A stretch of 64,000 nt of DNA, from the NCBI RefSeq assembly GCF_006345805.1, contig NC_042999.1, forward strand, positions 113,522,001 to 113,586,000. The letters are read 5' to 3'. The notes beneath the pieces are model-generated. The model had not been told where the DNA came from. It saw only the letters and a program-made list of their open reading frames with translations, and ran no database searches. Numbering within the stretch: position 1 is the stretch's first letter; each line of letters opens with the position of its first letter. The DNA is from Octopus sinensis. Taxonomy: Eukaryota. Positions 38,300 to 50,008 of the stretch are shown here, in pieces. Position numbers and translations under genes: made by a program.

Positions 38300-39170
38300 A
38301 AGGTACTTGAGTACTCTACGCCATTGATATCCTTAATGTTTGGTCTTTTTGGGTCATCAAACTCTCATCCAGTTTGCCCAGCTAGAATTGATAAAATCCC
38401 AGCTTGTATCTTAACAACAAACTGCCCTCTTGATCCAAATTCATCCTGTGGCTTTCTCTACAGTTTCAGTGATGGAAAGTATGACTACCCTCTTTGCTAC
38501 ACCAGTTATTCCAAGTTCAAAAAGCACTCTGCAAAATGATCACCTCACAAAACCATGGCAGCTTATTTCAATTGGTTTTCAGTGTGCCTGCCAGCCTTGG
38601 CTTCTGTGGTGTGCTCCCTCCACACTCTTTTTATCTTTCTTATTCCTCCCCATCTCCTGATATTTGGCGAGCTTTCTTTCATGGGGCTTCTCCCATGTTT
38701 TTCTATGGACACAGTCAATCTCCACATAATCACATACTTTGTGGGATCTGAGAAAATGAATATCTCAAGGCACAATGTTGGTATGATGTACTCTCAGCTT
38801 CCAGTCTAGAGCTGTGGAAAGTAATCCTGGTTGTTGATGTTTCAGTGAATGGGGCTTCCCTCTAGCTTTGAGAAAACTGGTGGCTTCCTTCCAGGGGTGG
38901 TGTCTAATGGACTGAATGGCTGTTTTCACCTCCACAATCTTGAACACCTTGTCATTTTGTCAGCAATAATGATCATCAGCTAAGGATCTGGGGCAGTGCT
39001 GAAATGTTGAAGGGACCTTCTTTTAGCACACAAGAGACAGAAGGGCACTTTGCTCCTGCCTTGTGTGAATATTTGTTGGCTTTGTTAAGGTGTCATAGAC
39101 TGTCTGGATCTGAGATCTGACCAGGTGTTATTCTGCTGCTTTATGTTATTTTGCCCAGGATCATTGTTAG
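38300..39170 (-). mobile_element. Degraded 3' fragment of an R2-superfamily (REL endonuclease, HERO-like) LINE
   Basis: Frameshifted remnants VYDTL..P.N, P.CxLC..R.SLxH (CCHC knuckle), LTV..E..G.A.ERK..KYQ, and terminal WIKR. Confidence 0.6.
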
Positions 39171-39689
39171 CTAAGTCCTACTATCTTTCTAATTCATGCT
39201 TTCACTAAACTTGTGTGACTGCATGAACTTCTTGGAGGAGATAGTCTTAGCTCTTTCCTTTGGCATTACCAAGTGTGTGTGTGTGTATGCATAATCACTA
39301 TCGACCAGACTATCAGATGTTATACACCGCTGGTAATAATGCCCTTTCCCACATTGTTGTAACTTTTGAATGATATCAGTCCGCTGGCTAGGTGAGCAGG
39401 CCAGCATTTCCCCCAATCAAATCCCAGACCATTGCAGGGTTACTCATTCACAGCTGAATGGATTAGAGCAGTATGTAATGAAGTGTTTTGTTCAAGAACA
39501 CAATGCACCACCCATTTAGGAATCGAAACTGAGATCTTGTGAAAAACACTAGGATATGTGCCTGGGAAACGATCTCAGTATGCAAATAAAGCTCCTGTTC
39601 TTTTACGCTGACCACAGTCTAATGATGCTGACTGGCGAACCAGTTGCACCGAGCTGTACCGATATAATGTAGAATAAATATAATAATAA

Positions 39690-39830
39690 ATAATCCTTCG
39701 ATGGAATTTATAAACATTTAATATATCGCTACACGCGTTTCCACAAATCACATGTCTCTTAAGAGACATGATTTGTGGAAATGCACGTAGCAATGCATTA
39801 AATGTTTTATAAATTCCACCCGAGGATTAT
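39690..39830. repeat. Loopless ~140-bp palindrome
   Basis: Centre CATGTCTCTT|AAGAGACATG at 39751-39770; imperfect arms. Confidence 0.85.
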
Positions 39831-39904
39831 TATTATCATCATATATATAAATAATAAGCATGGCTTGCTCGCAATTTTACAACTGAAAGGCAGAAATATA
39901 TGCA

Positions 39905-40144
39905 TCACTAAAGTGACTTAGGGCATTAGTCAGCACCAATATTGCTAGAAATAGGAGTAAAAACAACTCATAGCCACAAGAAAGCACTTATCTTAATGAC
40001 TGACAAGGGAGGCAAGCTCGAATGCTGTAGAGAGCTTTGCCTCCCTTATAAGTCATTAAGGTAAGTGCTTTCTTGTGGCTATGAGTTGTTTTTACTATTT
40101 CTAGCAATACTTGTGCTGACTAGTGCCCTACGTCACTTTAGTGA
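39905..40144. mobile_element. Foldback MITE-like hairpin (~115-bp arms, ~12-nt loop)
   Basis: tcactaaagtgac...gggaggcaagctc / gagctttgcctccc...gtcactttagtga. Confidence 0.8.
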
Positions 40145-40549
40145 AGTATATTTATACACACACACACTTCTTTCCTTCTCGTATCAGGCGGTGTGTTGCG
40201 TGACTAGTTGGCATTTGAGGCAGACATAGTGTTTAAAGGATTTTGTATGCAGACAACATGAAATGGGATTTTAGCCCTTTTATTAGAATATGTGCTGGAA
40301 GCTAGAATTTTTGGCTTCTCAGTACCGAAGTTTCATCTCTATGGCACTTTTTCGTTTTGGTTGCGATATTTTATCTTCTAGAAGGAATCCTCTACTTGCG
40401 GTACTTCAGTCTCTGGCGAAGTGATTTGTTGAATATATCGTACCTTAAAAGTGTTACCCATGGAACTGTTTCGTTAATGTTAATATATAGACCAGTTACT
40501 CGGATCATTTGTATCTCCTTTGTATCTTCTCGAGGCCAAGAAGAATAAT

Positions 40550-40762
40550 GATTTCAAATTTTGGCACAAGGTCTTCCACTTTGCAGGTAGGCGGTAAGTT
40601 GATTACATCGACCCCAGAACTCAACTGGTACTTATTTTATCAACCCCTGAAACGATGGAAGGTAAAGTCGGTGTCGGCGGAATTTGAACTCAGAACGTAA
40701 AGACGGACGAAATGCCGCAAGGCATTTTGCCCGGTGTTTTAACGGTTTTGCCAGCTCTCTGC
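40550..40762 (-). mobile_element. SINE family B copy
   Basis: Reverse complement aaggcagagagctggcaaaaccgttaaaac...gttctgagttcaaattccgccgac. Confidence 0.8.
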
Positions 40763-41039
40763 CTTCAAGAAGAATGAGGGGACCACTAGCACATAAATTT
40801 CTCGTGTTTGAGCATGTGCAGTTATACAGGCGTGCTTGCTTTGAGCTCATGCAGTACCGAGGGTTGAATACATAAAATATACTTAGCAATTTTGCTCGCT
40901 GAAACTATCAACGAAACCAATGGCTTTTTTAAGCTCAAAAAGCTCGGGTACTTATAGCTGACGAGATACATATCGAAACACCAGTGACCCAGAATCCCTT
41001 GCGCCAATGAGTTTAGTGTCATGAACACACAGTCTATCC

Positions 41040-42050
41040 AGGCACGTAGCTACGGGGGTGGGGCTATGGGGTGCTTAGCACCCCCAGTATTTCATAAGCA
41101 ATATCTGAAGTCGCTAAAGATGCAATAAATTGAATTTCTTTTGATTTAGTAATTAGTGATATGAAAACGTGGGTAAATTAGAGCTGGTGTTTGTTGTAGC
41201 TGTAATTGTTGTCGCAGAATTGGCTGCTGACCCGGTCATCAACGGTGGGCTGAATTAAGGAGTGCATGATGCTGGGTCAGTTGTTGTGGTGGTGGTGGTG
41301 CTGGTGATTGTCCTTGTTGCTGTTGGCACACTCATTGGATGATCTAGGACAGGTCGGCTGCCAACCAGTGCAGCCAGTTCTAGCAAAGTTTGATCAAAAA
41401 ATTTATGGAAATCAGAGACGTGACTTCTTGTCAAGCTGGTATACTAGTCGTTTATCGTTAGAGTATTCTCTTTCAAAGAAAGCCTTGCTTTGTTTTGCTT
41501 ATCGGCACTTTAATACTTCTGCTCAAGCTGATACGTGTTTTATTAAAAATGGATATTCTAGTTGGCATCATGAAAAAGAAAAAAATAAAGGTTTAAATAA
41601 GCACGCAAACACTGCATGCAATATCCAAGCTATGGTAACATGGAAGGAACGCCAACAGCGTTTATCCACAACATCCGTATCATCAATCTTGCAAAATGAT
41701 CAGTTGAGCAAAAACCGTTATTATATCAGTTCCATTGTTGATATTGTTCATTTTCTTTGTGCAAACAAATTGCATTTTCGAGAAAACGAAAATGAAGCTT
41801 TTCAGGATCTTTATTCGGAAGATGATACGTAGCCTTGTGGTCTTTTTATGAAATTATTATTCCAGTACACATTGGAGAAAGACTCAAAGTTAATGGAATG
41901 TTACAGCACGATTCAAAAAATGCGACCTACACCTCAGCAGCAATGCAAAGCGAAATCATCGAATTGTTGAGAAGACACACTGTCAGCCTCGTGGTCGATG
42001 TTTATTTGAAATTATTAAAATAATGTTTAAAGATTTGGCTGTTATCTGTA
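41040..42050 (+). mobile_element. hAT transposon 5' relic (TTF-type zinc finger / ZMYM1-like transposase)
   Basis: ORF 41308-41832 LEYS..KKA..CFAYRHF...F..NGY.SW...GL.KH; CAGGCACGTAGCTACGGGGG TIR-like start; downstream stops. Confidence 0.7.
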
Positions 42051-45000
42051 GCATGTAGAAAGACCTTTTAGGCTTAACTATGTGCTTGCTGAAAATCATT
42101 TTAAAAAATATTGGAGTCGATACATTTAACTAAAAATTCTTCGAGGTGATGCCCCAGCATGGCTTCAGTTTAATGATTGCAACAAGTAAAATGAAAATAA
42201 AAACGAAATATATCAGAAGTTTTGACCACGTAAAGCGTCAAGTGCCTTCATAACCATCCTAAATTATTTCAAGTTAACAGAAGATTGTCGCCGATATGTA
42301 ACAATATACATCCGTCATATAAAAAGAATAATTTAAGATAGATAAATTGCATTACAGTATCGTATACTCCTTCAGTTCGTTACATCATAGTTTATATATG
42401 TATGTAGGCGTGTGCATACAGGCATAACTTTGACAGCGAATATTTTGAAGAACGGCGAAGAAACCGTCTCCTTGCATACACAAACCGTCTCTCCTTGCAT
42501 GCACAAACAATTTAAGCAACGAAATTTCAAGCATGATATCTCGTCCACCTTACCACCTATCCAACTGGGATAAATTCAAGTTATATTGTTGTTATAGATT
42601 ATATGCACAATAATTCATGCTGGAATTCTAAACTGCACAGATATGTATAGCATTACCATAACACATATACATGACATTAAGCGATTTGCAAAATATATTT
42701 TATAAATTCGTTACTAACAATAGAAGCTGTATTAGTTCTGAATAGCAGTCTAATATATCTTACTTAAGTTGGATATACTGTAAGAAAACCGTAATAGTGC
42801 GGTATTCGTCAAGAGAAGGCATTTGGTATGGACACATAAATACTAAAAAGCACAGAAGCAAACGAAAAGCGTTCAGCAACGGTGGTGGAATAGCTAGATC
42901 CCGGAATGTCTGTATTTGCGCATCATCCGCAAGCATCCATTATCAACCGCATGTGTTCATATGTTGCCAAATTTTTCGTTAACGACGTAGAATAACAGTA
43001 ATCAACCAAGTATTGGTGGGGCAAGTATCTTGTGGACTGAGAAAAAAATTGCCATAATGACAGTAGCAGCATTAGTTCCAAATAGTAACCTGTGTATCTT
43101 ACGGTTTTAATACTTCTGTGAGGTTATATATATACATATAATGGGATCCTAATACTGAAGTCAACATGTGGAGGTTAAAATTCAATGACTTATAATGGGA
43201 ATGCAGTACATTACAATTTCGTAGCTATAAGCCTTATTTCCATAAAAGTCCCTCTTAAAAATTGAAGATTTTTAAATTAAAAAGACATACCTTTATTAAA
43301 GAAGGCCTTCCATTTAATTCTTCTCGGGATATTTTCAACGATATGCTTAATGTCAACTTTCCTCGTCGAAAGAAAAATGTTCTTCAATGATGTTTTCGCT
43401 TCGTGTTTCTTCATGACTTGTCTTTATCAAGATCTGGACTGCATGTGATATGGTGAAAGTCCCATGTTTTGGCAGACAATTTTTTAATTTCTTTAGAAGA
43501 TAATTGTGAAACAGTATCTGAAATCAGAATATCTGGTATTCCATGTCTGGCGAAGACGTATTTCATCCTGTTAATAGGTGTTAAACTAGTTTTACCTCGT
43601 ACTTACATTACTTCAGCAAATTTGGAGTAATAATCAACAATGACAACGTAACTCCAACGTAAATGTTAAGAGTCGGAGGTTACCAATTGTAAACGGTAAA
43701 TGCAGTTATTCGTTTTGAGAGGTTGTCCAAATATAACGGGTGTGATGTTACTGATGTCAAAGAAGAACAATGGTCGAGGTTGATGGTGACTCCAAATTTT
43801 TATTTACTGTTACTTTATGTATAGCCACACACGACGGCGGGCGTGTATAAGTGGAAAAGCATGCGAGGTTAAGACAGTTAATTTATTCTTGTATAAGTGT
43901 ATACATGTCCTCGTCATTGTAATAGTAAGCCAAAGATAGTGATAAAATGTAGAGCGGAGAAATGGGCTAGTGAGAAAGTGAGAGTGGTGGAACGAAAACT
44001 GTCATTCTTTTTGTCTAGTTTGATGACTATTGAAGCGAAGCGATGGCTGTTGAAAAGAAGGCCGTATTTCTTTAGTCTGGTCACCAAATGTATGTGGCGA
44101 CATAATAGAACAAGCAGTATCAGAAAGGCAGTAAATCTTTTTAGCGTCGGGTCAGAAAATTCTTTTTAAGTCGGGGTAGTGAGTTCTTTTTAAGTTATGG
44201 TAGTAAGGAAAAGATAGCAGCTAATGTAGCTTCAGAAGACAGCAATTCTTTTTAGATGGGGTCACCAATTGTAACGATGCCTGTTGTGGTAATTGTAACG
44301 ATATGTAACGGCTCTTGACGCATCAGAAGGAAGTCATTCTTTTGAGTAGAAGTAGCAAATATATAATTCGTAAAGCATGCGCGGTTAAGAGAGTTAATTT
44401 CTTCTTGTATAAGTGTGTACATGTCCTCGTAATACTAAGCCAAAGATAGTGATAAAGTGTTGTAGAAAAGAGAAATGAGCTAGTGAGAAAGCTAGAGTGG
44501 TGGGACGAGACAACTGCTTCGTGGGTTAGTTACCGCAGTTTTCCCTTTGTGCCTTTTCATTCAGAGACTGCGTTTCGGTCAGCCAACTGTCCTGTAAGTC
44601 AGTTCTCGTTGACTTTGGCTTATGGAGTTCTTGTATTTATAACTGTACAAAACTAACTAGAAAAATAGGCATATTGCAGAGAACAAAAGATATTCTTTGG
44701 GGGGTCGACCGTTATCTCAATTCAGTTCTCCACCGCACACAAGAGGTTAGAAGAGTCAAGTGGCAAATACATAAATCGGCTTAGCAAAGCCATATGTTAA
44801 ATGTAACTGCGGTCACTATTGTTTTTCTGTGAGAAAACGCTGTTGAAATGTTAAAGGAAATTGGCAGATTCAAGTTCGAATCTACTCTATGCCTAAATGA
44901 AGTCACTACATAACCATTACCATTAGTTGAGAATGAATCATCACCAGCCTTTGACTGAAGATGTTCTGGTATCTCATGAGACAATAATAGTTCTTTAGGA

Positions 45001-45375
45001 TTGTCTGTCCTGAATCTGACACATGTGGTATAGTTTTCAACTGCTTCCTGAATTATGGATTCATGCCAGGCTAAAACAGTACATCTCTGGGTCTCTGTTT
45101 TCTTCTTACAATGTCTTGACGCGAGTGTAGAACTTTGTTCAGTTTCACTTCTGAGTGATTCAGAGGGCGATTACTCTGTCACTTTTGAAAACCAGTCGGT
45201 TTCATCACGGAACTCCCAATATGGTTTCACTGACGACGAATATTCTTTTCTTGACTTTGGCCAACTTTTTAGCATAATATCACGCAGTAATATCAAACTG
45301 ACACTTTGATTGGTTGCTATCTGAAACTGTATCGGAGGCGAGCTGATAACATTAACGTCTAGCAATTCATCATAG

Positions 45376-45630
45376 GTGGAGGCGCGTGGCTTAGTGGTTT
45401 GGGTGTCAGCGCAATGATCGTAAGATTGTGGTTTCGATTCCTGGACCGGGCGACACGTTGTGTTCTTGAGCAAAAGACTTCATTTCACGTTGCTCCAGTT
45501 CACTCAGCTGGCAAAAATAAGTAACGCTGCGATGGACTGGCGTCCCGTTCAGCTGGGGAACACATACGCCATAGAAACCGGGAAACCGGGCCCATGAGTC
45601 TGGCTAGGCTTTAAAAGGGCGCATTTATTT
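45376..45630 (+). mobile_element. tRNA-derived SINE (CORE-like middle, family C tail)
   Basis: GCGTGGCTTAGTGG...GGTTTCGATTCC head; gtgttcttgagcaaaagacttca middle. Confidence 0.8.
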
Positions 45631-45633
45631 TGA

Positions 45634-45900
45634 GGAGGCGCAATAGCCCAGTGGTTAGGGCAGCGGACTCGCGGTTTCGATTCCCAGACTGGGCGTTGTG
45701 TGTGTTTATTGAGCGAAAACACCTAAAAACTCCACTGTTGTACTCTTTCGCCACAACTTTCTCTCACTCTCTCTTCCTGTTTCTTGAGTAACACTGCGAT
45801 GGACTGGCGTCTCGTCCAGCTGCGGGGAACACATACGCCACTGAAACCGGGAAACCGAGCCCATGAGCCTGGCTAGGCTTGAAAAGGGCGAAGAAAGAAA
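45634..45900 (+). mobile_element. tRNA-derived SINE family C
   Basis: Head matches the 14925 copy; (GAAA)n tail. Confidence 0.8.
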
Positions 45901-47169
45901 GAAAATTCATCATAGAGAAAATCTTCGTTCTGAATTAGGTATGCTCAATTAGCTACACATAAATCTTTTTTAGATTTGTACGTGTAAAATAATTTTCTGT
46001 ACGTGTGGTATGAGTAGCCAAAGATTCTGGAAAACTGATACTAATGGTTTGTGGTCAGTTTCAACCAAGGCTGTCTTTCCATACGTATAGTCATAGAACG
46101 GTTTGCATCCAAAGACTATGGCTAGCAGTTCCTTCTGTGGTTGTAAGTAACCGTTTTGTGTTGTTGTTTTTTTTTAGTTTCCGTTAAAGCACGTGATACA
46201 TACGCGATGGAATGGTCATCTTGTAATAAACATGTTTCTAGATCGTAAGGTGTTTACAGAAAGTATAGTCGGTTTCTTGATATCACAATACTTTACGACA
46301 GGTGCGTTTATTATCAGTTCTTTTAGTTTATCAAAACTCTTCCTGTGTGCATGATTTTATGTGAATTCCATATCATATTTGGTAAATTTTTTGCAACATA
46401 CGTGACCATTCTTAAAAAACCAAGTATGTCTTTTTTTTTTTGTGGGTTGTAGTGTCTCAACAACATTACACACGCTCTGGATTTTAATACCAAGCTGTAT
46501 GAATATGTGACCAACATAATTAACTTCGAATTTCCCACTATCTACAATATCAAAGCTTAGTTAAAATCCTGCTTAAGCAATACAGCCGAGGTCTTACTTC
46601 AGTCCCTTTTCATGTTCTTTGTTGTAACTAGCCCACATTAGTATGTTGTCAGCGATGACTTCCATACAGCCCATTCCTCCAAAACAATTTTCCGTAGTTC
46701 GTTGCTCTGCTAGCCTATTTTCCCTCAGTCTTCCACAATTGTAAAATTACTTATCATTTATTATTTAACCAATAATATTTCAATCAAATATTCAGTTCGT
46801 GTCCGTTCAGTAATGGTCACCTAATCTATAAACCACATAAAATATTTTATTTTATTTAATTGTCTATGTCGTTATGACATGATATAACATAGTGCCAGAT
46901 TAAAGTAACTTCCATAAAGGAAAGGTGCACCCGCAAAAATGAGTATTTATTATCTCTTTTAATTATATTTGTTTTGCTGAACTCTATTTTTCTGAACTCC
47001 GTTACCTTCTATGCCTTTTAGAGGAAAGAGTAGGTCTTCAGAGGATGAGTTTGAAATCATCGAAAAACCAGAGCTTTGAAGGAAGTTTAGACGAAAACTA
47101 CAAGGTCTTGGGGAAAATATGAACACTGTGACTTCTATTCACTGCCGTTGGAGTCACGGAAAAGTACGA

Positions 47170-48200
47170 AAAAAGTTATAACTCTTTGTTGTCAGATCCC
47201 AAACACAACTCTTTTGAATTTGAAAACGTAGACGATGAAATTAAATCATCACTGTTAAAACGATGCAGATCTTCAAACTGCTGACACTCTTGGTTGGTGA
47301 AGCATTGGTCCTTGCTTGAAATAGCTCCGTAAAAAGTAATCGAGAAGGTTGAGATTTGGGCTATTACTGGGTCAGATGTTGGTCCTCACAAAAAATGACA
47401 CCTTTTCACCAAGGAAGGCCTGTGTTGCTTTTGACCCATGGCATGGTGCAGAATCCTGGATAAGCACCGCATTGTCAAGCCCAAACTTCAGCTCCATTCA
47501 AGGTAACAGAGAGTTCTTCAAAATGTCCAGATACTCCTTTGTGCTGATCTTCAAGCCAGACTCAATGAAGTATGGATCCATGACACTCCCATCACTTGCC
47601 ACGGCTCCAAATACCATCTCAGACCCAGAATTCTTAGTCTCAAATACAAGTGGAACGTCAGAAGGGTTGTATGCAATCACTCTAGAATTCCTGCGATTCA
47701 CCTCAGCATCCACAGTAAACTTCTCGTCCACAAACACGAGAGTTTTTCCTGCACCTTAATGCTTGATGACTGACAAGCATTGGGCATCTCTCGGCTCTGG
47801 TTATTTTGGCCTTGGCTGTTTGGAGGTGATGGCGTCGTAGAACACAGCTAGTCATGCCAAGGTTCCTGTTCATCGCTCTGGACACCATGGAAAGTGACAC
47901 ATTGCGTTTCTTTGTAAGAGTTGTCCTTTAAAGGCGGTGCTCCAGCATGGCCGCAGTCAAATGACTGAAACAAGTAAAAGAGTATAGATGTCGATGGGTT
48001 GGCTTCAATCGAGGGTTTGAGGCCATCGAGAAACTTTGGATTGCACTTGGAATCACTTCGAGTCTTGTGTTATTTTCTATCAATCTTTCCCTCTTCTTTA
48101 AATTGTTTATACACACGATACACTGTTGCTTTTGGAAGTTTCATCAACTTAATTTTATTGGCTGTGTGCCCGGTGCACGCCAAAAAAACAACGGCGGAAC
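47170..48200 (-). mobile_element. DD37D (maT-type) transposase pseudogene interrupted by a SINE tail at ~47930-47990
   Basis: HTH KLPKATVYRVYKQF; FVDEKFTVD..NRRN; QD-SAPCH...SPNLNLL-DY with 37 residues between the 2nd and 3rd Asp. Confidence 0.8.
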
Positions 48201-48744
48201 GATTCTGTTGTTCCATGACTTTCTATTGTCGAATCAGTTTGCTATTCATCTGAAAAATAAAGAGGGGAATTAGATTTTCAAACAAGCCAAGTTTTGTCAA
48301 AAAATGTAATGTTAAACCCACTAAGTCATGAAGGGATATACAGGCGACGCTGCTTATATACCTTCGTAAATACATAGATACATATATACATACATATGTA
48401 CATACATACATACACATCAACCGCCACCCCACCCCAAACATAGTAACACACACTCCCACAGACATACACACATACACATAAGTTAGTTTTAAAATGCTGT
48501 GGAAGGGAAAGCAAGTTGGGAGTGTGAAGTACGTAGGTTCAATGAGAGAAGGGAGTTGGTAAGTTGACAACAATTGTTCATATCCATCATAAAGAAACAC
48601 ACATACATACATACATACATACATACACAATGCTAACCCTGACGCTAACCCTAACCCTATGAACGCATGAACAAAGGCCCACACGTTGTTTATGGTCTAT
48701 GGATATTAGAGATTGGATTGTAATCATCCCAGGAATGCAGACTA

Positions 48745-48955
48745 TAGTCTCAAAAAGAACATGGGATTTGTGGAAACGCGCGTAGCGATAGATTAGAATA
48801 TTTATAAATTCCATCCATGGATTCTTCTTCTTATTACTATTTCTATCATACGTTATATCGGTACAGCTCGCTATGATCCCATAAAGCTGCTGTTGTAGGT
48901 TGCAATCATTAGGCCGTAGCTGACATAAGAAAATAGGAGCTTGTATATGCGTACT
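48745..48955 (-). repeat. Dispersed repeat homologous to 39578-39760
   Basis: gatttgtggaaacgcgcgtagcgata...ttatatcggtacagctcg...ggagctt. Confidence 0.7.
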
Positions 48956-49112
48956 CACAAACGTTTCCTGTAAACGGACTGAAAGGATATATAATTAGAG
49001 GTTGTGCTAACCTCATGAAGGGATGGTTTCATCCAAAGAAATACTAGTTCAATGCCTAGTATTTGGAGGGAATGAATTTCCTTAAAATAATAGGTATATA
49101 TAAAAACATATT

Positions 49113-49343
49113 GTTTATATTCATTTAAAAGAAGAAAATGGAGATTGAGAAGTTAATAATTGTTTATTATTAACAGCAATAAACATCAAATTTACATTTA
49201 TGCTCATGTCGCATTAAATATAAATTTAATGTTTATAGAGTATTAATAGAAACGGCTGTAAGAGAAGATGACCAATTTGCTGTTAATAATAAACAATTAT
49301 TGACTTCTCTATCTCCATTTTCTTCTTTTAAATGAATATAAAC
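49113..49343. mobile_element. MITE with 67-bp TIRs
   Basis: 49113-49179 versus 49277-49343, two mismatches. Confidence 0.75.
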
Positions 49344-49490
49344 TATATATATATATGCATATATATATATATATTATATATATATATATGCATATATATA
49401 TATATATATGCATATATATATATATTATATATATGCATATATATATATATATATGCATTATATATATATATATATGCATATATATATATA

Positions 49491-49526
<36 letters not shown>

Positions 49527-49566
49527 TATATGCATATATATATAATATATATATATATAATATATA

Positions 49567-49606
<40 letters not shown>

Positions 49607-49699
49607 TACATGCATATATATATATATATTATATAATATATATATATATTATATATATGCATATATGCATATATATATATATATATATATATGCATACA

Positions 49700-49740
<41 letters not shown>

Positions 49741-49791
49741 TATATGCATATATGCATATATATATATATATATATTATATATATGCATATA

Positions 49792-49837
<46 letters not shown>

Positions 49838-49860
49838 TATATATATATATATATATGCAT

Positions 49861-49915
<55 letters not shown>

Positions 49916-49966
49916 GCATATATATATATATATTATATTATATATGGCATATATATATATGCATAT

Positions 49967-50008
<42 letters not shown>
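49344..50008. repeat. (TA)n tract with TGCA interruptions
   Basis: Direct reading. Confidence 0.97.

Larger units (their letters stand above)
43290..46560 (-). mobile_element. Fragmented Ty3/gypsy pol (RT link, RNase H, integrase)
   Basis: ILGFLRMVTYVAKNLPN (~46400); KELLAIVFGC..YG...VETDHKPL (~46050-46140); KPYWEFRDE and LLSHEIP (~44950-45250); YVVIVDYYSKF and VFARHGIPD (~43530-43650). Confidence 0.8.

Noticed and set aside
41308-41832. Host ZMYM1-like gene
   Set aside because: Intronless, truncated by stops and preceded by a TIR-like end, which fits a hAT relic
47040-47290. Plus-strand gag-like peptide (FEFENVDDEIK)
   Set aside because: Overlaps the minus-strand DD37D transposase C-terminus, which explains the region better
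48633-48658. Interstitial telomere repeat (CTAACC)
   Set aside because: Only 2-3 imperfect units; expected by chance in this repeat-rich DNA
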